A stretch of 62,856 bases of DNA, the filler included. It is 5 parts of 5 records of this genome, joined end to end, with 100 filler letters (N's around TTAATTAATTAA, not from the genome) between each part and the next. Parts side by side here need not be neighbours in the genome. Positions count along the whole stretch, not along the records: positions 26,642 to 39,808 come from SRR2962707_2307; positions 39,909 to 50,030 come from SRR2962707_2316; positions 50,131 to 56,790 come from SRR2962707_2320; 2 more parts are not named here. The stretch is one strand, 5' to 3'. The notes under the pieces are model-generated. The model worked only from the letters and a program-made list of their open reading frames with translations. It did not search any database and was not told the origin of the DNA. This document shows, piece after piece, positions 38,688 through 50,234 of the stretch. Numbering within the stretch: position 1 is the stretch's first letter; every line of letters starts with the position of its first letter. A program made the translations under genes and the position numbers.

Positions 38688-39748
38688 AGTATAAGATTGT
38701 AAATATCAATGAGACGGGTGAACGCTCGGTTTTGATCATCTACACCGGAGGAACCTTTGGAATGGTTCAGGATGCAAGTGGATCCCTGACTCCATTCAAT
38801 TTTGGTAAGGTGGTAGATCGTGTGCCCGAGCTTCGCCAGCTGGATATTCGGCTGACTGTGATCTCTTTCCCTGAACCCATTGACTCTTCCAATATCCTGA
38901 TTCAGGATTGGAAAGACATGGCCTATATCATTGAGGAAAACTATGAGCAGTATGATGCATTTGTGGTTTTACACGGAACCGATACAATGGCTTATTCAGC
39001 ATCGATGCTTAGCTATATGTTAGAAGGGCTAAACAAGCCCGTGATTTTCACCGGAGCACAGATGCCGATCGGTTCTATTCGATCGGATGCAAGAGAAAAC
39101 CTGATCACTGCGCTGGAAATAGCCTCAGCTCACAATGAAGAAAGGCCTATCGTAAGCGAGGTTTGTGTCTATTTCAACCATCTCCTGCTTAGAGGCTCGC
39201 GCTCACAGAAGTTGAGAAGCAGCACCTTTGCCGCGTTTGAATCAGAGAATTATCCAATACTGGCAGAGGCAGGAATAGAAATTGAATTTAACTACGCTGC
39301 ATTAAAGCCATACGACCCCAAGTCATCGCTGAAGATTAGAAATCAGTTGGATCCACACGTAATCATTTTGAAGATATTTCCCGGCATCACCGAGCATGTA
39401 GTACAAACAATACTTGGTGATCCGAAAGTGAAAGGAGTGGTGCTGGAGTCTTTTGGATCTGGAAACATTATGAAATTTGATTGGTTTGCTAATTGTTTAA
39501 AGACGGCTATTGACGAAGGGAAGATTATCTTGAACGTAAGTCAATGCATTGGTGGTGAGGTCGAACAGGGTAGGTATGAGACCAGTAAAAATCTTAATGG
39601 AATAGGGGTTTTGAGTGGTGGAGACATTACTACAGAGGCCGCAATTACGAAATTGATGTTTTTATTGGGTCATGAAACCGATAAGGAACGGTTAAAACAC
39701 CTTTTAACTCATTCTCTGGCAGGTGAAATGGACTCAGTGTGGGAATGA
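38684..39748 (+). CDS. ansA: Type I (cytoplasmic) L-asparaginase
   Basis: IYTGGTFGM, IDSS, HGTDTMAY, TGAQ.P, DARENL, DITTEAA..KL. Confidence 0.93.
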   Translation: MKYKIVNINETGERSVLIIYTGGTFGMVQDASGSLTPFNFGKVVDRVPELRQLDIRLTVISFPEPIDSSNILIQDWKDMAYIIEENYEQYDAFVVLHGTDTMAYSASMLSYMLEGLNKPVIFTGAQMPIGSIRSDARENLITALEIASAHNEERPIVSEVCVYFNHLLLRGSRSQKLRSSTFAAFESENYPILAEAGIEIEFNYAALKPYDPKSSLKIRNQLDPHVIILKIFPGITEHVVQTILGDPKVKGVVLESFGSGNIMKFDWFANCLKTAIDEGKIILNVSQCIGGEVEQGRYETSKNLNGIGVLSGGDITTEAAITKLMFLLGHETDKERLKHLLTHSLAGEMDSVWE

Positions 39749-39808
39749 ATTAGCAGGAATACCCTTGATGTTGGGATAAAACTTGCATAAAGGTATTTTT
39801 CATGATTT

Positions 39809-39908
39809 NNNNNNNNNNNNNNNNNNNNNNNNNNNNNNNNNNNNNNNNNNNNTTAATTAATTAANNNNNNNNNNNNNNNNNNNNNNNNNNNNNNNNNNNN
39901 NNNNNNNN
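39809..39908. other. Artificial contig linker
   Basis: N44-TTAATTAATTAA-N44. Confidence 0.98.
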
Positions 39909-39944
39909 GTCTGTCTGTCTGTCTGTCTGTCTGCCTCTGTCTGT
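39909..39944. repeat. (GTCT)n microsatellite at contig edge
   Basis: Tandem GTCT units, typical of a eukaryotic assembly break. Confidence 0.9.
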
Positions 39945-40077
39945 TTTCAGCGCTGTGACTTTTTTTGGTCTTGTTTAGGCTTGTTACAAAAAGCATCTCG
40001 CTCGCTCGCTCGACGAAGCAGCAGCAGCAGCAGCAGCTTTAGCTTTGACGCGAGGAGCAAAGCACCAAGTGTTCGAA

Positions 40078-43000
40078 ATGTCCAACTCCGGCCACGATGG
40101 CGGGGGAGGATTCGGCGGAAACCGCGAGAAGTCGAAGTCGTTCGCGGACCAGCTCGTCGACATGGTGGAGAACGTGGAGTCCATGTCGCCGCTGGCTTTG
40201 GAAACCATCCAGGAGATTTGCGAAGGCTTCACCACGGACGACGCGGACTACATGGACGCGAAGACGCAGTTCCGCAAGCGCATCGGACGCAACCCCACGC
40301 CGGACGAAAAGCTCGAGATCACGAGGTGTATCAAGCGCGTCGCCTTCTCGCGCACGGACGAACTCATCGACCACCTCTGCTTCTCGCACGCGGACTACAT
40401 GGGCGTCAAGACGGAGTTCCGCAAAATCAAGGGCCGCAACTTGACGGAGACGGAAAAATCCAACGTGCAGTCCAAGCTTCGGGCGATCGAATGGGCCAGG
40501 CTGGTGCAGGAGAAAGAAGAGCGCGAGCGGCAGGGCGACGCCGAAGCCGCTGCCGAGCTAGACCCTGTGTCTCTCACTTCAGGCGAAATCGCCAGTGTTC
40601 GCAAAGCCACCATGAACCTCCGTGCCGACATCGACCGGGCAATCGCCCAGTCGGTGACTGCCGCACACCGTGAAGCAGAAAACGAACGAGAAGAGTCGGC
40701 TTCCGAGTCCGAAGATACCGACGAGGGCGACCCCGACTCTGACGACGACTTTGGTGACGAGGACACTGAAGATGCCATGATGGCTGCTGCCAATGCAGCA
40801 GACGCAGAGACTGCTCTCCCGGATCCGCTCGATCCCATGGAAGAGGCACGGCGTATGATGGCAGCGGCCTTGAACGACGGTTCCGAGGACCCCGGCGATG
40901 AAGAGAGTGATGAGGATGTGGCTTTCGATCCTGTTGCGCACAAGGCGCGGCTGCAGGCGAACCGGGAAGCAGAAGAGGCAGCACTTCGTGCTGCCGAGCG
41001 CGAAGCAGAAATTGCTGCCGCTGAAGAGCTTGTTCGCCAGCAAGAAGCAGCCGCTGCAGAAGAACGCGAACGCCTGCGTCGGGAAGAAGAAGCGCGAGAA
41101 GCTGCACGTCTCGCGCAGCGCGAGGAAGCCGCTCGGAAGGCGGCTTTGGAACGGGAACGCCAGGCGGAGGCACAACGCCGGCTTGCAGAGGAAGAAGCAA
41201 AGCGCATTGCCGCAATCAAGGACGAGGAGCAACGCCGAGAGGCTGAAGAACGTGAACGCGAGCGTGTGAAGGCAGAGGAGGAGGCTGCAAAGATAGCAGA
41301 GAAGGAAGCGCAGGAGGAGCGGCAGCGCCTCGCGGAGGAACAGGACCGCGCATATCTCGCTAAGATTAAAGCCGAGCAGGATGCCGAAAACCGAGCGGCA
41401 GAGGCTCGCCGCGCGGAGGAGAAGGCGGCAGCCAAGGCTGCTGAAGCGGAGGCACTGAAGATCGCTGCCCAAAAGAAGCGTGAAGCTGAGGCACAGCAAG
41501 AAGAAGAAGAAGAAGGAGAGAGCGATGAAGAGCCTGGCGCGGGTGCACGCAACAGTATCATCAACCGGCCGACAGTGCCGATCAGAACTCATCGTATTAA
41601 GAAGTCAGTTCTTGTAATTCAGATGGCGCAGAAGATCAAGCAGGCTAGCATGTGAGTTCCATCCACTTTACCGGTGGATAACAAAAGAAAGAAATTTTGC
41701 GCGTCCCGGAGCATGCGTGTGCTGCCAGGGTTTGTGTTCATTTGTACGTTTTTTTGGCGCCGCACAGGTACACCCCGCCCAAGCGTGATTTGAAGCGTCA
41801 CGGAAAGTCAGACAAAATTCGCCTGCTCGCTCGTTGCTTCATGTCAAAAAATGAGACCGAATCAGACATTCTCAGGCGCATGCGTGCGCCGAAGATGCGC
41901 GATCAAGACGCACGCAAGAAGGCTTTTTCGAAGCTCGATGGCAAATTGTCCGAGGACCAAGGCAAGTTTTGTGTGTTGTATACTTGTGTGTTGGCGTTCG
42001 TGCGTGTGTGGATTTAGAGTGCGTGCCTATGGTTCTCTGTGGCAGCAGCATCGAATGTCGTGCTTGTTGTTGGGTGGCCACAAGTGTCGTTTGACTGTGT
42101 TGCACGATTTTGCCGTTGTCATGGCTACCCAAAGGCAACTTTGTCCAAGATGCGCTGAAGAACATTATTGTCCAAGCGGTTGTCGCCATCCCTGACTCTG
42201 ACGACTCGTCGAACGCCGATGCGGTGGTTTCTGATGCCGTCGATTCTACAAAGGGTGTTGTTGTGGCTCGAAACTCAGTCACGGAGAAAACACTCAAGAA
42301 TCTCAAATCGCTCAAAGTGGAGCGAACAGTGGAAACGTTGGCCCGCAAGAAGAGCGGGAAACTCGACCTCAAGGGTGTTGTCGCTGACACCACATCAGGT
42401 TCAAAGACAGCGGCGCAATTGGCACACTTGCCGAAGTTGCACCAACTCCAGCGCCAAGAGGCGCTGGCGCGTAAAGATCGTCTGAACGGCATCACGAAAG
42501 GTCTTGGTGACTTCTGTCTTGAAACTGAAAAACTCGCTGCTGCTGCAATGGTTTCGGCTGGTTACCTTGGCAACACCGCTAATATGGAGCCGATTGGGGC
42601 ATTGGCGATTGCTGGGTTCATGGGCAAGAAACACAGCAACGGGGCCTGGGGCAAACGCTGCTACGTGGTGAAGGTGAGCTTCTTCGTACAATCGCTTGCT
42701 GTGTGCGTCGGGGCTATCCCGTGTGCACCTTAATCCCAAAGTTGGGATTATCTGTCGGACTGTGTGTGGTTGAATGCTCCGGATTCTTTGATCTAACGGG
42801 GATGCTGCGCGATTGTATGCACATGGTACGTAGGCCGATACCCGTGAGCTGCATTATTTCAAGACGGAGGGCAAGGGTGCGAAGCGATCGATCGGCGACT
42901 GGATTGGTTGCGTCCAGTTGGATGCCATCAAGCTGATGAAAAAGAAAGGGCGGGTTCTGCAGGTAGTGTTCCATGATTTCTATGCCAAGGAGAATGGGCG

Positions 43001-43748
43001 CGCACAGTTGACTCTGCGTGCAAAGACAGAGGAAATTGTGGAGGAGTGGATCTCGATTCTCCAGGCCACCATGGCCGCTGGCACTGCTGTCAACCACCTT
43101 GCCGCAAAATTCCAGAGTCAAACCTCGGTACGAATGCATGCGCTCCGCAAGTGCCTCTATCGATACTTCACAGCGAGTCGTTTCTCTGATCCCTGGCGAC
43201 AGATTGGCCTTGTGTGCCTCTGGATTGTGCTTGTTTTCACTTGGCATCGCTTTTTGTCGCAGGCTATCGCCAATTCGATTTCGGACAGAATGGCTGCAAG
43301 TATCGACAACTATGCGAACAAGATGATGACGTCTGGGCATAGGTTTTCTAACGTGGATGAGCTGATTTCTCATCAGTTTTCGCGGGCTTTGAAAATCCTG
43401 AAAAGCATCATGGATACCACCCAAGGAAAAGCAGTATTGGAACTGGAGGCAATTCGCCTCAAGGAAACCACAGATATTTGCCAAGAGGACCTCCAGTGAG
43501 TTGTGTAAATTGCATCACGTCGTCCACATAATTCCTCTGGCTACGAAGGGACGCAGGTTTTAGTATTGAAACTCGCGCGTTGCGACAGGTATGCCTATGA
43601 CAATTTGCTGGACATGCTGGAGCGCGCAGTGGTTTTACATTGCCACAACTGGTGGGTCGCAAACATGGGACCAGTGGAGGCTGGGCAAGAGGAAGAGGAC
43701 GAAGATGCTCCGCCGCCACCTCCCCGTGGCCAGTCCAGATCGCCGTGA
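40078..43748 (+). CDS. Eukaryotic multi-exon protein: N-terminal repeat, E/R/A-rich helix, PH domain
   Basis: Phase-consistent introns at 41652-41767, 41962-42149, 42674-42833, 43128-43262 and 43496-43588. Splicing yields the PH-like sequence GFMGKK...WGKRCYVVK|ADTRELHYFK...LTLRAKTEEIVEEWISIL. Confidence 0.75.
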
Positions 43749-43986
43749 GAGGTGGAATGTTAGACTATCGTGGTTGCCACTACTCACATCGACTCGCAGT
43801 GGAGCTTTGCATTCTGACACCAGCAGGCCAATGCGTGGAAGTCACAACCCACGCAACGCAATTTCAGCTCTGATAGATTTTTGGTTGAAAATTCAAATTT
43901 CATGTGTTTTCTCTGGTCCTATTGCAATGTATACTTCTCGCCGACAATTAAAGCCGCCCCGGCAAGAAGCGAAACGCAGCGCGGGG

Positions 43987-44757
43987 TTATAAGCCAGCAG
44001 CTTTTCTTTTACGCTGGTCGCGGATGACCACGGGTCCGACGTTGTCTCCACATTGTTTGTTGTGCTTCAGGTGTTGGCCATCACACCATGGAAAGGTGCT
44101 GCTGCGGTAGCATCGGCACATAATTGCTGAACCATCCTCGTCCACGACGGCTCTCACCAGGTCAATGCCAACCTTGTCCACGCGTCGACTGGGGTTATCT
44201 GCCGGAGTATTCGACTTGACGCCATAGTTGTTGGCCCGGGGACCAGGCACAGGTTTAGCTGCTTCAGCAGCAGAGAACTGCGCGCAAGCACAAGCTTCGG
44301 TATCCTTCGGAAAGCTTCCCGGATCTACCAACGCAAAATCAGCCAAAACAAATGTCCGCTCAATATCCATCTGTCGATCCATGTGTGATGTATGCGTGCG
44401 CAAGAAAGGCAAATGACCCAACACCCGTGGGTGTGATTCGGCAAAACTATTTCTAGATGATGACTGTGTACCTTCCGGAAGGATGACGATAGGCCCTGCG
44501 TTGTCGCCGGTTTCTTCGTTGTGCGAATTGTGGGAACCATCACAGTATGGGAATTTCTTTGACTTGTAGCACCTGCAGAGAGAACACGCGCCGTTGCTTT
44601 CCACTGCCTTTCCCAAGTCTTCCACATCCACTACCATAACGTTCAACTTCGGGTCGTGCGGAGGCACGATCGACTTGACACCGTAGTGGTTCGCACGCTT
44701 CGCAAGCGACTCTTTGTGCTTGTTCAGCTCAGTGCAGCAGCGCTTCTCGTCCGACAT
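43987..44757 (-). CDS. Tandem CDGSH iron-sulfur (NEET) protein
   Basis: [16 protein letters not shown]...[10 protein letters not shown] and [16 protein letters not shown]...GDNVGP. Probable in-frame GT-AG intron at 44325-44471 gives about 207 aa. Confidence 0.88.
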   Translation of the reverse strand: MSDEKRCCTELNKHKESLAKRANHYGVKSIVPPHDPKLNVMVVDVEDLGKAVESNGACSLCRCYKSKKFPYCDGSHNSHNEETGDNAGPIVILPEGTQSSSRNSFAESHPRVLGHLPFLRTHTSHMDRQMDIERTFVLADFALVDPGSFPKDTEACACAQFSAAEAAKPVPGPRANNYGVKSNTPADNPSRRVDKVGIDLVRAVVDEDGSAIMCRCYRSSTFPWCDGQHLKHNKQCGDNVGPVVIRDQRKRKAAGL

Positions 44758-44956
44758 CCTCAGCCAAAGTTAAGGTTGTTTTGCGGTGTTGGAGTTTTCG
44801 GAGTTTTTGTTGCCCCAAGCAACGAGGCTTGCGACTAAACGACACAAACGTCAACAAAAGGTACTTCCAGTGACGGCGTAGTGAGTGAAACAACAGACAG
44901 CAAAGTAAAGCAGCACCAAAATAATTGACAAAAAAACGAGAAAAAAAGTAAACACG

Positions 44957-45143
44957 CTCACTCACCTGCGCACTCACTCACTCACCCATTCACGAAGCTC
45001 ACTACGAAGACTCACTACGAAGACTCACTCACGAAGTTTCACGAAGACTCTATCGACGATGCAGCACTCGCGAAGACTCGCTCACGACGGACTCACTCGC
45101 TCACGAAAACTCTCATCCCGTTCACTCCGAAGACTCCCGCTCG
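44957..45143. repeat. Degenerate tandem repeats (CACT)n / CTCACTACGAAGA between divergent genes
   Basis: Repeated CACT and CACGAAG(ACT) units with no unique spacers. Confidence 0.75.
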
Positions 45144-45370
45144 CTGTGTCTGTTCACTGGTTGCTGGTTGCTGGTTGTACACGTGCAGCAGGTAAAAGCA
45201 AGTTTGCTGTTTGGGTTGTCTTCGGCTGCTTTCTTCTTCTTTTTGTTGTTGTTGTTGCAATTTGCCCAGATTCAGGTGATGGGTGCGGGACGATTCGATA
45301 TTGTGCGTGCGTACGACTGGGCCGTGCACGCGAGGACACGTTTGACGTTTGAGTCTTTCACTGGTTCCAT

Positions 45371-47431
45371 ATGAAAGTGGGGGCGATGACTGTATCCACT
45401 GCAGCTATGTTGTTGTTGTTCTTGCACGCTGCACTACTTGGCCGAGTTGCAGTGGCCTCATTGGGCAGCACGGCTCTTGAAGCGACCGAGGAAGTCAGAA
45501 GGATCGGGGGAGGGAAACTGTTGAACTACACCGTCACCGCCAACACTGCTTCGTGGGAAAAAACCGTCATCATTGTCACGGGGGGGAGAATGGGAAGCAC
45601 TGTGGTTGCCGGGCTGGTCAATTGTGGAATCGAGCCAGGATGCTCTCAAAAGGGAGATAAGGTGAGGCGGCAGGGTCTTTCAACCGCTACATGTGTGGGG
45701 CGACGAGATTAGAACTCATTCATTCATGTATTCTTTCCTTTGCTGGAGACCTGTAACATTGCTGCTGCCGCCGACTGTTTGACATATAGCTCGCCAACCC
45801 GGATGTTTTTATTGGGGGAGAAAATTACTTGGTGCGTTGAATCTGCGTGTTTTGCGCTGTACTGATATTTGGTGATGTGCTGCGTGTATGCATGGACGTA
45901 GAGGCACTTTGTTCATCACAGAGTTATTTGTTTTTTGTGTGTGTCTGGCACGTAAAGCCCTTGTGGTACCTTTTTGAATTCGACGAAGCATTGAACAAAG
46001 GGTACGCCCAACATCTCGCCAATGCAGGGTACGTTTGAGATGAACATGACCTGATCTGGTGTTACGGCTTCTCACCTGATTCGAACAGAATTTTTTTTCG
46101 ATTGGTTTAATCACGTCACGTGGGTTCTGTATCGTAGGCCGAACAATCGCGGAGGCGTAAAGAATCCCTGGTGCGAACAACAGGTTTTAGCGTACCCCAA
46201 GCTGTTGTCGAAGGCACCTCATCAACACCACTGAAAGAGCAATGCTGTTTTGTGCTGCAATGTGGGAATAGGTATCATACACCAAATCCGGTCATTCTTG
46301 CGGAGCAAGTGTGTGATCACGCTCAGCTTGGTCGCTGATTTCTTGACGATGTGTGCCGTCTCACCTTCATAAATTGCAATTGTATGTGGTCGGTCCATTG
46401 TAGATGCAAATGATGGTTCAGACCTACTTCCTCCAAGACATGACATCAGCACGCATTGTGGGATTTAAAGAGGTGCGATGGTATCAAAGGTCTGAAACCA
46501 GGCCCACAAAAAAGAAACCCCAGCCTGTGCACAGCGCTGAAAACTTGCAAAAATTCATTTTGTGGATTCACAAGTAAGTCTGCTGCTTTAAGTGCGAGCA
46601 TCCGTCATGACCTTTTGTCTTTTTTCGCCTTTAAAGTGTAGAGGTTCATGCGTAACTACTTGGGCCTTGTTAGGTTTGTTCCGAATTTACACGTCATCTT
46701 TCACCTCCGAAACCCGGAAGACACAAGCAAATCCGGGTATGTTTCGGTTCACGTGGTTGGTTTTCCTTGCCTGGATACCTTATCCATTTTTCCAAGTTTT
46801 GTGAAATTGGGTGCGGTCGTTTTGTGCAAATTCCAAACCGGCTGTCGCGTGGTAGATGGTGGCGTGGAATGCCTCACTCTTTGGAAACTGTGACTGAACT
46901 GCACGACGAAATCTTGACGGTATGTTTCTTGTTTACCGCATGTTGCTGCTATCAGTGCCTTTGTTTCCAATAGTCCACGTGTAGGTTCATGTTTGTGTTC
47001 TTCTGTATTCAAAGGTGTACACAGGCATCCGTGCACTTCCTTCAGACAAACGGCCAAAGGTGTTTATGCTGGACTACGACCAAGACATTTTGAAACAAAA
47101 TGTTTCCAAGTTGTGCGTGCTTGTTATGAATCCCTGGTGAGTGTTGTGGTCTTGGAAGTCACGTCAAAATAGTCACTTTTACTACTCTTGTGGACGGCGA
47201 AGGTACCACTTCTTGGGCGAACGTTTCAACGAGAAGCTGGTCGATCAAGTATTTACGGTAAGTGCGGATGCTGCGCTTCAATAGTAGATTGGTGCATGCT
47301 TTGCTGTGAAATGCGCGAGTCAAGACTTCTGAACGCTGTGGTTGTGAATATGCTTCGGTGTTCACCAGTCCAAGTACAGCTCAAGTTCACAGCACAAGAC
47401 TTTTTCCAACATCGATGCGCACGCAACTTAG
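45371..47431 (+). CDS. Eukaryotic multi-exon sulfotransferase-family protein with signal/TM segment
   Basis: Motifs found in successive exons in the expected order: IIVTGGRMGST (5'-PSB), NPDVFIGGE, IVGFKE, HVIFHLRNPED (3'-PB), CYESL, HFLGE. Internal exon boundaries are only partly resolved. Confidence 0.68.
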
Positions 47432-47558
47432 GCGCAAGTTTTATTCAATTAAAGCGGTACATGTATTTTGTATGCTGACAGAAATGGTTGCATGAAAAAT
47501 AGCTCCGGCCATTTGACGGCTGAGTTGGTGTCGTGCACGTCTACTTGAAGTCAAGCCG

Positions 47559-50030
47559 TCAATAATCGCACAAGCCCATTGCTAGAGCACGTGCGGCTGC
47601 GGAAGCAGCTGCCGTGTTGTTTGCGAAGAAGGCAGCCTGTTGGCAAAAAATGCAGCACATCGAGTGTGAAGTCAAAGCGTTCAAATGAATGCTGCAAAAG
47701 GCCCAGAATGTTTGAGGTCAAACTTGACAGGAATGTACTTTTGCCAGAAGCTGGGGGACTTTGCATCGATAGAGAAAAGCGTCGACAAGCAAGATTGCGT
47801 CAGTAGGGAACCTATGCAAAGTGAGGACAACACCAATACCTCAGTATTCCAATGTGTGCAGTGTATCGAAATAACAAGGTCGTGCCTTGCAGCCCAGCTG
47901 TGGTTGAGCGCGTCTAAAACAATGAGCTGGGGTTATCACAGCCTGCTTACCCTTTGATCAGTGCTTCATGAAGAATGGTTGCCGCCTGACGGAACTGGTG
48001 GACCTGAAAATTGAGCCTTCCAAGATGGTAAAGCGGTTCAGCTCGATCTGGTAGCAACGTGTGCGCTTCGTGGAAAAAGTGACGCGCTTCGATTTCAGAG
48101 CGCCCAATAGTCTGTGCAAGCTGTCCGAGTCGACACAGCGACTCGAACACTTCTTCTTCGTAGCCAATAACCTCAGCTTTCCGAGGCGCTGCAGGTGTAG
48201 CATCACCAGCAGCGTGGGTCCTTCCACGAGGCGCACGCAGCGCGGCGATACGGTACCTGAAGCCAGGCACTCTTGGATCTCAACCCTAACTTTACTTGTA
48301 CAACCTGACACCGAGGTTGAAGGATAAAACATAACGTACCAGTTGAAGGCATCAGCGAAGTTGCCAAGGGCCTGGTGTGTCTGTCCTAAGTAAAAAGCAG
48401 TTCTTGAACGCCGAACTCCTCGTTGCTGCGTTTCCAAAGTTCCATTTCAACAGATACACGCAGTTCTGAAATCGTTCAACAAAATACCACCATTCACCCG
48501 AGACGAAACACTGCAAAAAGGCCGCTGGGACGTCGACTTACCCAATCCTCCATGAGCCAATTCAGATCGCGCTGCCACGCAGCTATCTGCGTCTGCCGTG
48601 ACCACAATGAATGCATGTCATGTGTTTAACGTGCCGTGAAACAGGTAAACCGCTAATGCGTCGACACAGTTCACAAACACAAAAACGCACAGAAGGGCCA
48701 AAGCTCACCCCATTTTGACGCAAGATCGCCGCCTCTTTCCCGGAAGTATTGTGAAATATCTGGAGCCGTACCAAATTCGATGCACGCACCCGCGAGTGCT
48801 GTGCGTTCGCTGCTCGTTGACGGGCTATACACGAGATCTCATTCTTCGTGCTGTTTGGCTGTGTTCGGCACACTGGGACTTCAACCGCTGCGCGCACCAC
48901 GCTGTTTGCATTTGTTGTCAAATGCTCGTGCGTTGCACCTTCGTAATACCACTGCGGTCTCCTATCAGTAACCAAATCAGCGACAACATTTATTGCAAAA
49001 ACGCGACCCCGTGTAGAGACCGGAATGAAACAATTGTGGGTGGCAACACAAACCGCGGATCGTCGGCCAGGAAACTTCCTGGAAGAATGCGGGGTGATTG
49101 GTAGGTGAAATGTCCTCCGAAGTTGATTTCCGCATTGAAAGCACCACCGCAGAACGAAGGCAGTTTTTCGCTTGCATCAGAGCTTGAGCGTGTCAGCCCG
49201 ACATTTGATGGTGGCACTTGGCATATGCTCGCGCCTTGGTTCAAGACATTGTCAACGAAAATCTTGAGCACTTCCCCATTCACAAGCGTCTCGCCTCCTG
49301 AAAGCATGAGACGAAAAGCACACAAAGGTGACGCCAATGCAAGAGCCTCGTTACGAGCCGGCCCAAACCCATGCTCATGAAACGGGCGACTATGAATCGC
49401 GACGGAGTCCGGCGTGCTATCAGCTAGTGTTTGTCGAATGACTTCAGCGGTGTCGTCGGTGGAGCTCGAGTCCACAACAATACTAAAGCGATCCACCCAC
49501 GGTTGTGCCTGCAGATGAAAGACCATTGAGAACGTCACAAACGAGCTTGTTGTTGCTGTAGTACCCAAAATGGTGCCACCTCTTGTTCATGGCAAGGTGG
49601 CACAATCAACTGTGGCGACACAGCTTGAACAAGTGCCTCTATAGAAGCAGTTTCAACTGAGACAGTAAACAGCTTCATTGAAATCAGGGGTCCAAAAACG
49701 AACCGATTTGAGCGTATCTTCAATGGTGCCTGCCTCGTCCTTGACAATCATTACAAGTTCCACCTTGCACGAGCAGTCCGAAGTAGGGGAAGAACAAGAC
49801 CGAATTTGCCCAGGAGCATCCGCGGCAGAAGCACCACCGTCAATAGGGTTGGAGTGTCCCCTTGCAACACCGCTTTTATGGCAGGCAGAAGAAAGTGAAT
49901 ACGACGGCGACGATGATGAAATTGGCCTACAACCGCCTCCTACATTGGACACAGTGGGCTCAAAGCTGCCAGGAAGCTGATCAAATATAACTGCTCGCCC
50001 TGTTGCCGTTGCTGCTGCTGCTGCTGTTGT
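47559..50030 (-). CDS. Eukaryotic multi-exon GT2 glycosyltransferase-TPR protein (5' end at contig edge)
   Basis: LVMIVKDEA, VDSSSTDDT, FGPARNEAL, YEGATHE, RTAFYLGQT, PDRAEPLYHL and LLVDAFLY across GT-AG exons. Confidence 0.72.
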
Positions 50031-50130
50031 NNNNNNNNNNNNNNNNNNNNNNNNNNNNNNNNNNNNNNNNNNNNTTAATTAATTAANNNNNNNNNNNNNN
50101 NNNNNNNNNNNNNNNNNNNNNNNNNNNNNN
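50031..50130. other. Artificial contig linker
   Basis: N44-TTAATTAATTAA-N44. Confidence 0.98.
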
Positions 50131-50234
50131 TCATGATGTTGGAATAGGAGCCCCCCCGCGCGGTGTCAATTGCCGAATGGGCAATGCTGCAATTTGCGGG
50201 CAAATTTCGGGGTTAAAACGGTCTTCGGATTGTA

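Noticed and set aside
40395-41592. Long antisense ORFs (389, 337, 213 aa)
   Set aside because: Shadows of the low-complexity E/A/R-rich sense exon.
44990-45135. Possible CRISPR-like array
   Set aside because: Units are short, degenerate and abutting, with no spacers or cas genes, and the context is eukaryotic.
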